Assembly: GCA_047638675.1 (NCBI GenBank)
Contig: JBLIML010000006.1
Coordinates: 1-52,018 of the forward strand
Direction of reading: 5' to 3'
Source: Planctomycetota bacterium
Lineage (GTDB): Bacteria > Pseudomonadota > Gammaproteobacteria > Eutrophobiales > Eutrophobiaceae
Length of the DNA: 52,018 bases
Position numbers and translations under genes: made by a program. Positions 35,387-45,848 of this stretch are shown here, in pieces. The notes beneath the pieces are model-generated. The model had not been told where the DNA came from. It saw only the letters and a list, made by a program, of their open reading frames with translations, and ran no database searches. The first letter of the stretch is position 1. Every line of letters begins with the position of its first letter.

Positions 35387-36702
35387 TTTGGCTCCTTGTT
35401 TGACGAACTATCCGGACCAACCATTACTGTAACCAATTTGTCAGGCACTATGCGCCGATTAAAGGCATCTCTTATATCCTCAGCACTTACCGCTTCGACT
35501 CGAGCGGTAAATGTCTCGAGGTAGTCAGACGGCAGATTGTAAAACCCTATCACGGTCGCATAAGCGAGAATATTACTGTTGCTATCAATGCGCAAAGGAA
35601 AGCCGCCAGTAATATTTTTCTTGGCAGAATCCAGCTCTGCCTGGCTTGGGCCTTCTTTGATGAACGATCTGATGTTCTCACGCAAGACCTTCAGGGCTTC
35701 TTCAGCCTGGTCGGCACGTGTGGCCAGACCCGCCAGGAAAGGTCCATTTTCCCGCATCGGCGAAAAGTAACTGTAGGCGCTGTAGGAGAGCCCTCGCTTT
35801 TCTCTTATCTCTTTAAACAATAGCGAAACTAAACCGCTTCCTCCAAGAATATGATTGCCAACATAGAGGGGGAAATAATCAGGATCCCCTCTTTTCATGC
35901 CCGTTTGTCCGAGCAGAATATGTGTTTGTGTGGAAGGATGGACGCTCTTTATCTGCTTTGCCCCAGTCAGTGCCGGCACAGCAATTATTGGCATCGCTTT
36001 TTCACCTCTTTGCAAAGATTGAGTCAACTCCTCTGCCAATGTCTTTGCTTGCGTTCTATCCAAATCACCAACGATGGCAATCGTTGCATTACTAGCAACG
36101 TAATACCGACTATGGAAGGCCGCGATTTCGGCCTGGCTGATAGAGGCGATGCTTTCCTCACTACCTTCTCGTGGGTAAGCATAAGGATGATCGTTATATA
36201 TCGCTGCATAAAAAGCCTCGCTGGCGACGGCTGCCGGAGACTGTCGTTTCTGTTGTATGCCGATAAGAAAACGTTTCCGTTGACGCTCCACGGCTGCTGA
36301 CGGAAAATCCGGCTCAGCCATTACTTTACGCAAGGTTACCAACGCCTTGTCCAACTTGTTTTTCTCAGCAAGACTTCTCAAAGAAACCGAAGCAGAATCG
36401 ATGCCCCCGCTGGCGCCATAATTGGCTCCCAATCGCTCAAACTCAAAACTGATCTCGTCTGCATTTAGCATCGCGGCGCCTTCTGCGAGCAAACTGTTTG
36501 TCATGGCAGACAGGCCTTTTTTGTCAATCGGATCCCGGGCGCTACCAGCATCAAAGGTCACTTGTATGTCAACCATGGGCAGTTCATGTGCTTCGACAAA
36601 ATAGACACTCGCTCCCGATGTGGTTTGCCAATGCTGTATTTGTGGACCTGCAAATACCGGGGAGGCAAAAATTAAAAAGAAAAACCAGAATTTAATGCCC
36701 AT
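35383..36702 (-). CDS. M16B peptidase, non-catalytic subunit
   Basis: Signal peptide; F.AGSA.DP; no HxxEH; LF.EIREKRGLSY R/Y motif. Confidence 0.88.
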   Translation of the reverse strand: MGIKFWFFFLIFASPVFAGPQIQHWQTTSGASVYFVEAHELPMVDIQVTFDAGSARDPIDKKGLSAMTNSLLAEGAAMLNADEISFEFERLGANYGASGGIDSASVSLRSLAEKNKLDKALVTLRKVMAEPDFPSAAVERQRKRFLIGIQQKRQSPAAVASEAFYAAIYNDHPYAYPREGSEESIASISQAEIAAFHSRYYVASNATIAIVGDLDRTQAKTLAEELTQSLQRGEKAMPIIAVPALTGAKQIKSVHPSTQTHILLGQTGMKRGDPDYFPLYVGNHILGGSGLVSLLFKEIREKRGLSYSAYSYFSPMRENGPFLAGLATRADQAEEALKVLRENIRSFIKEGPSQAELDSAKKNITGGFPLRIDSNSNILAYATVIGFYNLPSDYLETFTARVEAVSAEDIRDAFNRRIVPDKLVTVMVGPDSSSNKEPN

Positions 36703-38080
36703 GATGCGCTCCTCCGTTGCCCGCTCGTCTCTTGTTCGGATCCATAGGTAAGGGCTCTAGTACGGCAACCGTGAGCCTGTCATCGACAAAGTATTTTTTA
36801 GCAACGGCTTGCACTTGATCAGCTGTCACTGCTTGTACTCGCTCGACATATTCATCAACAATTTTCCAGGACAAACCTACGGTTTCCAATATACCCAGAA
36901 TCATAGCCTGGTAAAACACAGAGTCTTTTTCATAGATATCGCTGGAAACCACCTGGGCCTTCACTCTTTCGAGCTCTTCATCGCTTACTCGCTCATTCTG
37001 CAAGTCGCTTATTTCCTCACGAATGGCTAACTCAAGCTGGTCTGCAGAAATACCCCGTGCTGGTGTTCCGCTGAAGGTGAAAACGTCATTCAATCTTGAG
37101 GTCAGCGGATAACCCACGCCGACATTGCTGGCGATCTCCTTGCCACGCACAAGACGACTGGCAAAACGCGCACTATTGCCGCCGTCAAGTACGCCAGCCA
37201 GCACTTCGAGCGCATAGGGCTCCCATGCTAAGGTCTTATCCGGCCCAGCCAAAGCTGTCCTTAACACAGGTATCTTGTAGGCCATCTGAATTTGGGGCAC
37301 CTCGGCTGGTCTTTTCACCACGACACGCTTGATACCATGTTGCTCGACTTCTCTGTTTACAGCAGGTAACACGATCTTTTCAGCTTTTAATTTGCCAAAA
37401 TATTTTTTCACTAATTTATAGACCTTTGGCGGTTCTACATCGCCGGCTATCACCAGTGTCGCATTATTGGGTGCATACCACTGTCGGTACCAGTCTCTAA
37501 GGTCCTCCGCCCGCATGGAATGCAAGTCGGCCATCCAACCTACAACGGGCTGGCGATAAGGACTGGTTTGATATGCGGTAGCCAGCGCTACTTCCCTGGC
37601 AAAGGCACCAGGATTATCTTCAGTACGCATACGGCGCTCTTCTCGCACCACTTTAATCTCCTTGATAAATTCTTCGTCTGGAACAGTCAGATTACGCATT
37701 CTATCCGCTTCCAGCTCCAGGCTTATCGCAAGGCGAGATTTTTCAAGCGTCTGAAAATAGGCGGTATAGTCTGTACCAGTAAACGCGTTTTCCTCGCCGC
37801 CATTAGCAGAAATAATCCGCGAGAACTCGCCTTTTGGATTCTTTTTTGTGCCCTTGAACATCATGTGCTCCAGAGCGTGGGAAATACCCGTAATACCATC
37901 ATGCTCATAACTGGATCCCACCTTGTACCAGACTTGAGACACAACTATCGGTGCGCGGTGGTCTACCTTGACGAGTAATTTCAGCCCATTATCAAGAGAA
38001 AATTCATGAACTTCCGCCTGTACCGCCGTAAAACACCAGAGGGCACAATAAATTATGGTCGGATATACGCATTTCTTCAA
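36692..38080 (-). CDS. M16B zinc peptidase, catalytic subunit
   Basis: Signal peptide; HALEHMMFKGT (HxxEH), NAFT, EERRMR, Y.PNNA.LV.AGD. Confidence 0.9.
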   Translation of the reverse strand: MKKCVYPTIIYCALWCFTAVQAEVHEFSLDNGLKLLVKVDHRAPIVVSQVWYKVGSSYEHDGITGISHALEHMMFKGTKKNPKGEFSRIISANGGEENAFTGTDYTAYFQTLEKSRLAISLELEADRMRNLTVPDEEFIKEIKVVREERRMRTEDNPGAFAREVALATAYQTSPYRQPVVGWMADLHSMRAEDLRDWYRQWYAPNNATLVIAGDVEPPKVYKLVKKYFGKLKAEKIVLPAVNREVEQHGIKRVVVKRPAEVPQIQMAYKIPVLRTALAGPDKTLAWEPYALEVLAGVLDGGNSARFASRLVRGKEIASNVGVGYPLTSRLNDVFTFSGTPARGISADQLELAIREEISDLQNERVSDEELERVKAQVVSSDIYEKDSVFYQAMILGILETVGLSWKIVDEYVERVQAVTADQVQAVAKKYFVDDRLTVAVLEPLPMDPNKRRAGNGGAHHGH

Positions 38081-38356
38081 ACGACTCTCTCCTGTTGTTA
38101 GTCAAATTAATCTGCTGTTTAGCAAAACAGTTATTGCTCTTAGAGCGCGATTCAGTTTAGTAGTTCGGCATCTGTTAATGATAGGATCCTGCGTCAATTC
38201 TATATACAGCATTTCAACATTTATATCGATGTTGGACAATATGACAAAAGCTTAAGGTGATGATAACAGTATATTTATCCATCGTGGCCGGGTTCTTTCC
38301 TTTGCGGGGCGGGGCGGCAATACACTCAATTCAACTACGAAAACCAGTGCATAATT

Positions 38357-39322
38357 ATGTTCGGCATTAAAGAACAAAAGCACGATTCAGCCACAGATGG
38401 CTTTTTCCAGCTCCTTCGGACGGGTTTACATAAAACCAGGACGGGCTTACTCACCGATTTGGGAGACATTGTTTCTGGCAAACAAAAAATTGAGCCTCAA
38501 CAGCTCGAGGAAATTGAATCCAGATTGCTAATGGCAGACCTTGGCATCGAATCTACCAAACGTATTATGGATGCTTTATCTCGTGAAGCGAAAAGTCATC
38601 GGCTAGGCTCGAAGGAAGAAATTATCGCATGCCTGCGTGAGCAAATGATACAGATGCTGACGCCCGTTCAAGCCCCTATTGAAGAGATTTTCGTCATCAA
38701 AAAGCCTTTCGTAATTCTGGTGATTGGCGTTAACGGTGTTGGAAAAACGACGACTATCGGCAAGATGGCGAACTATTTTAGCAAAGCTGGTGACAAGGTA
38801 CTGTTAGCCGCCGGCGACACCTTTCGCGCTGCAGCTATCGAGCAGATTCAATCCTGGGGTGAAAAAAATAATTTGCCCGTTATCGCACAGCAAAGCGGAT
38901 CCGATAGTGCCGCCGTCATTTACGATGCCTTGCAATCCGCCCGCGCCAGAGACTGTGATATTGTCATCGCCGACACCGCTGGCAGATTGCACAATAAGGA
39001 CAATCTCATGGAAGAGCTGAAAAAAATACGCCGAACGATTAGCAAATTCGATGATGAACTGGATCTGGAAGTTTTACTTGTTGTTGATGCCGGCACCGGC
39101 CAAAACGCTATTTCTCAGGTTCGTTTATTCCATGAGGCCGTGGGCGTAACCGGTATTGCCTTAACTAAACTCGACGGCACCGCCAAAGGTGGCGTTGTTT
39201 TCGCGCTTGCTCAAACCTTTAACATCCCCGTACGCTTCATTGGTGTTGGCGAGAAGATAGATGATTTTCGTGCATTCAACGCAAGCGACTTTGTCGATGC
39301 TTTGCTAGACACGCAAACATGA
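38357..39322 (+). CDS. ftsY: SRP receptor FtsY (short form, no long acidic domain)
   Basis: Motifs GVNGVGKTTT, DTFRAAA, DTAGR, TKLDGTAKGG. Confidence 0.96.
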   Translation: MFGIKEQKHDSATDGFFQLLRTGLHKTRTGLLTDLGDIVSGKQKIEPQQLEEIESRLLMADLGIESTKRIMDALSREAKSHRLGSKEEIIACLREQMIQMLTPVQAPIEEIFVIKKPFVILVIGVNGVGKTTTIGKMANYFSKAGDKVLLAAGDTFRAAAIEQIQSWGEKNNLPVIAQQSGSDSAAVIYDALQSARARDCDIVIADTAGRLHNKDNLMEELKKIRRTISKFDDELDLEVLLVVDAGTGQNAISQVRLFHEAVGVTGIALTKLDGTAKGGVVFALAQTFNIPVRFIGVGEKIDDFRAFNASDFVDALLDTQT

Positions 39323-39996
39323 TTCGCTTTACCGATGTGTCTATGCATTACGGTGATGGCAATGAAGCCCTGCGAAAGGTCAATCTATATGTTGAGCAGG
39401 CAGCAATGGTTTATATTACCGGCCGCTCGGGCGCCGGCAAAAGCTCCTTACTGAGACTGGTCGCTTTAATAGAGCGACACAACAAAGGGCAGATTATCGT
39501 TAATGGTCAAAACCTGGAGCGTGTCACGGGCAACCGTATACCAATATTCAGGCGAAATATTGGCTTTATGTTTCAAGACCATCGCTTGTTATATGACAGA
39601 TCTGTTTTCGATAATATTGCCTTGCCGTTGGTTATAGCTGGATATCGCTACAAAGAAATCCGCCGGCGCGTACACGCTGCATTGGATAAAGTCGGCTTGT
39701 TAAAAAAGGAGAAGCATAGTCCGGTTGCTCTGTCTGGCGGAGAACAGCAAAGAGTTGGCGTTGCCCGAGCCGTGGTGCATCGTCCTGCTCTACTCCTGGC
39801 AGACGAACCCACCGGCAATCTCGACCCAGCACTGTCCTGGGACATCATGAAATTGTTTGAGCAGTTTAATCAAGTTGGCGTTACGGTGCTTATCGCCAGT
39901 CACGATCTAGACATGATCAGAAAAATGAACAAAAGTATTATTACCCTGCGAGAGGGAAGATTGCTTACGCATATAGGTAAAACAACGAACCAATGA
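39319..39996 (+). CDS. ftsE: Cell division ATP-binding protein FtsE
   Basis: Motifs [33 protein letters not shown]. Confidence 0.95.
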   Translation: MIRFTDVSMHYGDGNEALRKVNLYVEQAAMVYITGRSGAGKSSLLRLVALIERHNKGQIIVNGQNLERVTGNRIPIFRRNIGFMFQDHRLLYDRSVFDNIALPLVIAGYRYKEIRRRVHAALDKVGLLKKEKHSPVALSGGEQQRVGVARAVVHRPALLLADEPTGNLDPALSWDIMKLFEQFNQVGVTVLIASHDLDMIRKMNKSIITLREGRLLTHIGKTTNQ

Positions 39997-40958
39997 ACAA
40001 GCGTGCTGCCATTCAGAGCAATCGTTCTAACTTAAAGAAGATCTTGAGCACATGGCTAATGCAACATGCACAAGCCTGTATTTTTAGCCTGGGGCAATTG
40101 TTCAGATACCCACTGAATAGTTTGTTAACAACGGCGGTTGTCGGCATCGCGTTGTCCTTACCTGCCGGGTTTTATTTGTTGCTGGAAAATTGCCGACTTG
40201 TTGCAAGCGGCTGGGACGATAGTGCGGAAATTTCACTTTTCCTGAAACTGAATGTAAACGATGAACGAGCTCATTCTCTTGCCGAGGAGATTGGAAAGAT
40301 TAAAGGCATTTCTACTGTTAAGTTTATAAGCCGTGAAGAGGCGCTTCGTGAGTTTCAGCGTGAATCCGGGCTGAATGAGGCGATGAATGTGCTCGAGATC
40401 AACCCTCTCCCCCATATCTTATTGCTACAACCGATGCTTGAAGGGCTTTCCGGCCCGGAAAGCGACCAACTCATGCAAAAATTACGCGCTTTGCCAGAAG
40501 TGGATGCGGCTCAATTTGATCGACAATGGATTCAACGCTTGTTCGCAATTATCGAAATCGTTCGACAGGCGGTTATCGTGTTATCCATATTATTAGCTTT
40601 GGCGGTGTTGTTGATTATTGGAAATACCATCAGGCTGGCTATTTATAACCGCCGCACTGAGATCGAAGTAAATAAACTCTTTGGCGCAACAGAAGCTTTC
40701 ATTCAAAGACCCTTCCTTTATTCCGGCCTGTTTCACGGTGGTGCTGGTGGTCTGTTGGCGTGGGGATTAGTGAGTCTGTCCCTGTTTCTAATGAAATCTC
40801 CCGTGGCCCGACTGGCAGAACTCTATTCCAGCAATTTTACCCTGCACGGCCTTTCGATTCTTGAGTTCCTGCTCTTAGTCCTCGGTGGTGCCTGGCTTGG
40901 CCTTCTCGGCTCCTGGGTATCTGTAAAACGTCATATTAAATCAATTGAACCCACATAA
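39993..40958 (+). CDS. ftsX: Cell division permease FtsX
   Basis: GIALSLP, NPLP, GNTIRL.I..RR.EIEV.KL.GAT..FI.RPFLY. Confidence 0.95.
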   Translation: MNKRAAIQSNRSNLKKILSTWLMQHAQACIFSLGQLFRYPLNSLLTTAVVGIALSLPAGFYLLLENCRLVASGWDDSAEISLFLKLNVNDERAHSLAEEIGKIKGISTVKFISREEALREFQRESGLNEAMNVLEINPLPHILLLQPMLEGLSGPESDQLMQKLRALPEVDAAQFDRQWIQRLFAIIEIVRQAVIVLSILLALAVLLIIGNTIRLAIYNRRTEIEVNKLFGATEAFIQRPFLYSGLFHGGAGGLLAWGLVSLSLFLMKSPVARLAELYSSNFTLHGLSILEFLLLVLGGAWLGLLGSWVSVKRHIKSIEPT

Positions 40959-40994
40959 TCTCCATAAAAACATCGGCTTGATGCCCTGCTATAA

Positions 40995-41022
40995 GGAACT
41001 CCCACTATCATTAGCACTCTAA
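40995..41022 (+). promoter_or_regulatory. Sigma-E (RpoE/AlgU)-type promoter of rpoH
   Basis: GGAACTC-N16-TCTAA, resembling E. coli rpoH P3 (GAACTT-N16-TCTGA). Confidence 0.6.
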
Positions 41023-41037
41023 CTCGATGAGTGCTAA
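41011..41037. promoter_or_regulatory. CIRCE operator (HrcA site)
   Basis: Perfect TTAGCACTC-N9-GAGTGCTAA. Confidence 0.92.
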
Positions 41038-41078
41038 AATCCGCTTAATTAAAATCCTTAGAAATGGGGAGCATTAAA

Positions 41079-41930
41079 ATGAACAATTTGGCCAACTTAC
41101 AACTTGCCCTGCCGGCAGGCTCTCTGGACAGCTATATCCAGAGTGTTAACAAGATCCCTTTGCTCAGCCTCGAAGAAGAGCAAGATCTGAGTAGGCGATT
41201 CCACGAATCTGACGATCTTGAAGCTGCGCGCCAACTCGTGCTTTCACATTTACGTTTTGTCGTCCGCGTGGCCCGTGGTTACAACGGTTACGGTCTGTCC
41301 CAGGCAGATCTTATTCAGGAGGGCAATATCGGCCTGATGAAGGCCGTAAAACGTTTTGATCCTGATTTCGGAGTAAGACTTGTCTCCTTCGCCGTGCATT
41401 GGGTGCGGGCTGAAATGCACGAATTTATACTGCGCAATTGGCGCATCGTGAAGGTGGCGACGACCAAATCCCAGCGCAAATTGTTCTTTAATCTTCGCTC
41501 AGCAAAAAAGAGACTTGGCTGGTTAGATCAGGAAGAAGTGAATGCCGTTGCCAGAGATCTCGGCGTGTCGCCCGCGGATGTAATGAAAATGGAACAGCGC
41601 CTAAGCGCACACGATGCGTCTTTTGATGGTCCGGTGAACGAAGACCACGATGCCGATATTTTCTCCCCGGCAGGGTATCTGGAAGACCAGCGTCTTAATC
41701 CTGAGCAACAAACGGAAGCCTCTCAAACCGAAGCGCTCGACCAGCGGTCTTTATATACGGCACTTGATGAACTGGATGAGCGAAGTCAGGAAATAATCAA
41801 GCGACGCTGGTTGAGCGAAGAAAAATCTACCCTGCACGATCTTGCTGCGGTATATGGTGTGTCGGCGGAAAGAATTCGTCAACTTGAGCAAAACGCCATG
41901 AAGAAAATGAAGGCGGCTTTTTCTGCTTGA
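41079..41930 (+). CDS. rpoH: RNA polymerase sigma-32
   Basis: DLIQEGNIGLMKAVKRFDP, RpoH box QRKLFFNLR, SAERIRQLE. Follows ftsYEX. ATG 41079 with SD GGGGAG. Confidence 0.96.
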   Translation: MNNLANLQLALPAGSLDSYIQSVNKIPLLSLEEEQDLSRRFHESDDLEAARQLVLSHLRFVVRVARGYNGYGLSQADLIQEGNIGLMKAVKRFDPDFGVRLVSFAVHWVRAEMHEFILRNWRIVKVATTKSQRKLFFNLRSAKKRLGWLDQEEVNAVARDLGVSPADVMKMEQRLSAHDASFDGPVNEDHDADIFSPAGYLEDQRLNPEQQTEASQTEALDQRSLYTALDELDERSQEIIKRRWLSEEKSTLHDLAAVYGVSAERIRQLEQNAMKKMKAAFSA

Positions 41931-41943
41931 TTGTTAGTGGATC

Positions 41944-42855
41944 TTAACTATAGCCAAGCAGAACAGGGATATAGTGATCCACAAGCAAAAACGCGAACAA
42001 GGCCAACAAATAAACGATTGAATAAGAGAAGGTTTGCATCGCCAGACCATCTGAATGATTGCTTTGCATTTTGATTGCATAGTACAGAAACCACCCTCCT
42101 AGCACGACTGCGCCAAACAGATAAGTGGGCCCGCTCATCAATGTAACGTAGGGCAGCAGGCTGATAACAAATAAAATAACGGTATACAGCAAGATGTGAA
42201 GACGCGTGAATTTCACACCATGAGTGACCGGCAACATAGGCACGTCAGCTTTGGCATATTCTTCTCGCCGTGCAATAGCAAGCGCCCAAAAATGGGGCGG
42301 CGTCCAGGCGAAGATAATAAGAAACAGAAGTAGCGAGTTTGGATCCAGACTTCCGCTTATCGCGGTCCAACCGAGCACGGGTGGGGCGGCACCAGCTACG
42401 CCACCAATAACGATATTTTGGGGTGTCGCTCTTTTTAAATAAACAGAATAAATAAATCCATAACCAACCAGGGATGCCAGTGTGAGTACTGCGGTGAGAA
42501 AATTCACCATGACGGCAAGTATAATCATTGATGACAGACACAAACATCCAGCGAATATTATTGCCGCTTTCGTTGAAAGCTTACCTTTTGGCAAGGGACG
42601 TTTGCTTGTGCGTGCCATCAAAACATCTATTTTTTCATCGACGATGTGATTAATGCAGGCGGCCGATGCGGCAGCAAGACCAACCCCGAGACTACCAAAC
42701 AAAAAGGCGTCAAGAGGGATCATTCCCGGGCTTGATAAAAACATGCCTACGATCGCTGTAAAGACAATCATAGCCACTATCTTTGGCTTGCAGAGCGACA
42801 GAAAATCGCGCCAATCGAACGCGGAGATGGGTGCTGTTGTGATTGACTCTTTCAA
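41944..42855 (-). CDS. ctaB: Heme O synthase (protoheme IX farnesyltransferase)
   Basis: Motifs [37 protein letters not shown]. Confidence 0.95.
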   Translation of the reverse strand: MKESITTAPISAFDWRDFLSLCKPKIVAMIVFTAIVGMFLSSPGMIPLDAFLFGSLGVGLAAASAACINHIVDEKIDVLMARTSKRPLPKGKLSTKAAIIFAGCLCLSSMIILAVMVNFLTAVLTLASLVGYGFIYSVYLKRATPQNIVIGGVAGAAPPVLGWTAISGSLDPNSLLLFLIIFAWTPPHFWALAIARREEYAKADVPMLPVTHGVKFTRLHILLYTVILFVISLLPYVTLMSGPTYLFGAVVLGGWFLYYAIKMQSNHSDGLAMQTFSYSIVYLLALFAFLLVDHYIPVLLGYS

Positions 42856-42856
42856 T

Positions 42857-43876
42857 TTAATTCTCTGCGTTCCCGTTTTTGGAATATGAAAAATACAGCA
42901 ACGTGATTAAAGAAAGCACTAATAACGCGGCCACGGCATTATGCGCCACTGCAACAGGTAAGGGTAACACCAAAAGAACATTAGCGATGCCCAGGGAAAT
43001 CTGTGTCAGCAAAACGAACATGACCACACAGGCGCACCGTCTTAGAGCTTGATTCTTCATCATAAAAGCGCTAACTGCGAGACTTCCAATCGCGAGGAAT
43101 GTCAGTAAAGCGCCCACTCGGTGGGTAACATGTACAGCCGTTCGAGACATCGCATCAAGCACGCCGCCTTCATAATCTACGCCCAGGCCGCGCCAGAGAG
43201 TGAAACCTTCTCGAAAATCCATTTGCGGCCACCATTGTCCCTGACAGGTAGGAAAGTCTGTGCAAATCAGAGCGGAATAATTCGCGCTAGTCCAACCGCC
43301 GAGTGCAATTTGGCAAAAAACAAGCACCAGGCCTGCCGCAACCCACGGCGTCAACCTGCTTCTTTTATATCCGAGCAGAGGCTGGAATGCGGTAATCGAC
43401 AGCCAATACAACAAAGCCAGAATGGACATGCCACCAAGCAGGTGTGCGGTTACGATGACGGGTTTTAATAACAGCGTGACCGTCCACATTCCGAGCGCTC
43501 CCTGGAAAATCACCATCACTAACAAGGCATTCGGTGCAAATAACTGTGTAGGCCTTCCTTTCGCTCGCGACACCCAGCTTTTAATCGTCAAAAAGAGAAT
43601 AAGTAGTCCAAGAGTCTCTGCCGCATAACGATGCACCATTTCCTTCCAGGCTTTGCTCTTTTCCAGTGGTCGCTCGGGAAAAGCCTCGTTTGCCCGAGCC
43701 ATCGCGTCTGTGCCTTCCGGAACGAAAAACTCGCCATAGCATCCTGGCCAGTCAGGACAACCCAAGCCCGCATCGGAAAGTCTTGTATAGGCACCGAGGA
43801 CGATGACGCAATACGCTAACAAGCTTGCTAGCACATAGATGTAAAAATTAGTTTTGGAATAATTCATCGGCCGCAT
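42857..43876 (-). CDS. ctaA: Heme A synthase (CtaA/Cox15, Cys-pair type)
   Basis: Motifs [41 protein letters not shown]. Start uncertain (43876 or 43867). Confidence 0.92.
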   Translation of the reverse strand: MRPMNYSKTNFYIYVLASLLAYCVIVLGAYTRLSDAGLGCPDWPGCYGEFFVPEGTDAMARANEAFPERPLEKSKAWKEMVHRYAAETLGLLILFLTIKSWVSRAKGRPTQLFAPNALLVMVIFQGALGMWTVTLLLKPVIVTAHLLGGMSILALLYWLSITAFQPLLGYKRSRLTPWVAAGLVLVFCQIALGGWTSANYSALICTDFPTCQGQWWPQMDFREGFTLWRGLGVDYEGGVLDAMSRTAVHVTHRVGALLTFLAIGSLAVSAFMMKNQALRRCACVVMFVLLTQISLGIANVLLVLPLPVAVAHNAVAALLVLSLITLLYFSYSKNGNAEN

Positions 43877-44023
43877 GTTAATCAATGAAGGGGCAATCAC
43901 CCTGTCTCCAGGGCAGCGTATGCAGACCCCTTAGTGGAACGCCATTCAGGTAAGCAATATCGGTTTTCTTTTAATTCTGAAATGGTAGACGGCGGAGATT
44001 TCTACCGTCTACTAACTGCAGTG

Positions 44024-44407
44024 TTAATGTCCGTGACCCTCTTCCATCGCCAGAACTCCTGAAGCACCATCAAGGTATGTTGCCCGTATCACGTTGGTGT
44101 GATCTGCCTCAAAGCTCATAAGCGCTATCAACACCATTAACGCACCTGTTGGTATCAGAATTGCGCAGGCCATCGCCAGTCTTTCGTAATATAGATGCAT
44201 AAAAATGGCAGTAATGAAGCCCGCTTTTAAAAACATGAAAATGAGTATAAGCGTCCACCGAACCATCCCCTGGAACTGTAAATAATCAACCATATAAGAC
44301 AAGGCGCTAAGGACAAAAAGCAGCCCCCAAACCCAAAAATAAGTGGAAATTGGATGTTCTTGCGCTTCAGCCTCTGCAACCACCGCGACTGTTTTTGTTT
44401 CGCTCAT
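44024..44407 (-). CDS. Cytochrome c oxidase subunit IV family protein
   Basis: Three TMs; KAGFI.AIFMHL..ER. Confidence 0.85.
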   Translation of the reverse strand: MSETKTVAVVAEAEAQEHPISTYFWVWGLLFVLSALSYMVDYLQFQGMVRWTLILIFMFLKAGFITAIFMHLYYERLAMACAILIPTGALMVLIALMSFEADHTNVIRATYLDGASGVLAMEEGHGH

Positions 44408-44416
44408 ACCTAACTC

Positions 44417-45142
44417 CTACCAAAGATAAAAGAATGCAAAAATAAATACCCACACCAGGTCGACGAAATGCCAGTATAGGCCCATGATTTCAACAACCTC
44501 GTAACCGCCCCTGCGAGTGGTGAAAAAACCCGGCCTCATTTCGTCTAGATCGCCCCGCCAAACTTTCCTGGCAACAATCAGCAGAAAAATCACACCTATC
44601 GAGACGTGTACACCATGGAACCCTGTAATCATGAAAAAGCACGCACCGAACTGAGCGGCACCAAAGGGGTTGCCCCAGGGACGAACGCCCTCCGAAATTA
44701 GCTTGGTCCACTCGAAGGCTTGCATGCCGACAAATGAGGCGCCGAACATGGCGGTCAGCAGTATTAATAATGTCGTCATCTTACGGTTTTTCTCATAACC
44801 GAACTTAACCGCCATCGCCATCGTGCCGCTGCTGCTGATAAGAATGAAAGTCATAATGGCGATCAATATCAAAGGGATATGTTGCCCAAACAATGTTAAG
44901 GCAAAGACTTCGCTTGTATTAGGCCATGGCACGGTAGTGGACATACGTACCGTCATATAGCTGGTCAGAAAGCAGGTAAAAATAAACGTATCACTAAGGA
45001 GAAAAATCCACATCATAGCCTTGCCCCAGGGCACGCGCTTGAAGGTCAACTGATCTGATGACCAATCGTTAACAACGCCCTGTAGGCCCTCAACCAAAGC
45101 CACCGGTCTGCCAATCTCGTCTACTACAGCTTCGTTCGACAT
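44417..45142 (-). CDS. Heme-copper oxidase subunit III (CoxP-like)
   Basis: MWIFLLSD, T.ILI.SS, FF.ITGFHG.HV, LYWHFVDLVW. Confidence 0.9.
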   Translation of the reverse strand: MSNEAVVDEIGRPVALVEGLQGVVNDWSSDQLTFKRVPWGKAMMWIFLLSDTFIFTCFLTSYMTVRMSTTVPWPNTSEVFALTLFGQHIPLILIAIMTFILISSSGTMAMAVKFGYEKNRKMTTLLILLTAMFGASFVGMQAFEWTKLISEGVRPWGNPFGAAQFGACFFMITGFHGVHVSIGVIFLLIVARKVWRGDLDEMRPGFFTTRRGGYEVVEIMGLYWHFVDLVWVFIFAFFYLW

Positions 45143-45158
45143 ATATTTACCTTGTATT

Positions 45159-45830
45159 CTAAGTTGATAGCATCACACCAAATAAAATTACCCAAATCAC
45201 GAGTAGAAAGTGCCAGTAAATAGCACACAATTCCACGCTCGATCGTATGTTTGCTACTTTAGCACCACCAATCAGCTTAATGGTCGCCATACCCCAAACA
45301 ACCATTCCGCCCAAAAGATGCAAGGCATGAAGCCCAGTGATCAGATAAAAAAAGGCGTTTGCTGGGTTCGATTGTGCAAAATAGCCCGCTTTGAGTAATT
45401 CCTGCCAGGCCATGAACTGACCGGCCATAAAGGCGAAGGCGAAAAACCCGCCCGCAAGCAGGGCATTTCGGACAGCGCTGGAATCTCCATCTCTGGCACC
45501 AACACTCGCCCACTGCAACGCGATACTACTAAGCACAAGCACGCCCGTGTTTAGCCATAACAAATCAGGATCCGTTAAAGGCCGCCAGTCACCAACGTTC
45601 ATCCGCATCAGGTAAGCGCTGATAAACAACGAAAACATTGAAGTGATGACAGCAAGAAAAACAAATAGGCCAAGCTTCGCATTTGACAGATGCAAAGAAC
45701 GGCCGCTAAAATCCTCGTCTGACGCATATTTGGCGCTGGCGTCCCAGGGCTGAGTGTCGACCGATTGCTTCAACAGCCATCCGGCAACAACAATCATAAG
45801 CACAGCCATAAATATTAAAGTGATGGTCAT
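45159..45830 (-). CDS. Heme-copper oxidase subunit III (CoxO-like)
   Basis: KLGL.VFLA, NT.VL..SS, FFY.ITGLH.LH, YWHF...W. Confidence 0.88.
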   Translation of the reverse strand: MTITLIFMAVLMIVVAGWLLKQSVDTQPWDASAKYASDEDFSGRSLHLSNAKLGLFVFLAVITSMFSLFISAYLMRMNVGDWRPLTDPDLLWLNTGVLVLSSIALQWASVGARDGDSSAVRNALLAGGFFAFAFMAGQFMAWQELLKAGYFAQSNPANAFFYLITGLHALHLLGGMVVWGMATIKLIGGAKVANIRSSVELCAIYWHFLLVIWVILFGVMLST

Positions 45831-45848
45831 GATTAGTTCGCCTTCTGG

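Noticed and set aside
35383-38080. M16B heterodimer as PqqF/PqqG processing the orphan PqqA
   Set aside because: It lies 26 kb away in the widely conserved ftsY-peptidase-rsmD-coaD context. Both subunits have signal peptides, whereas PqqA processing is cytoplasmic.
43985-44012. Hairpin GTAGACGG...CCGTCTAC between subunit IV and ctaA
   Set aside because: No U-tract. It may be an mRNA-stabilising stem, but it cannot be called a terminator.
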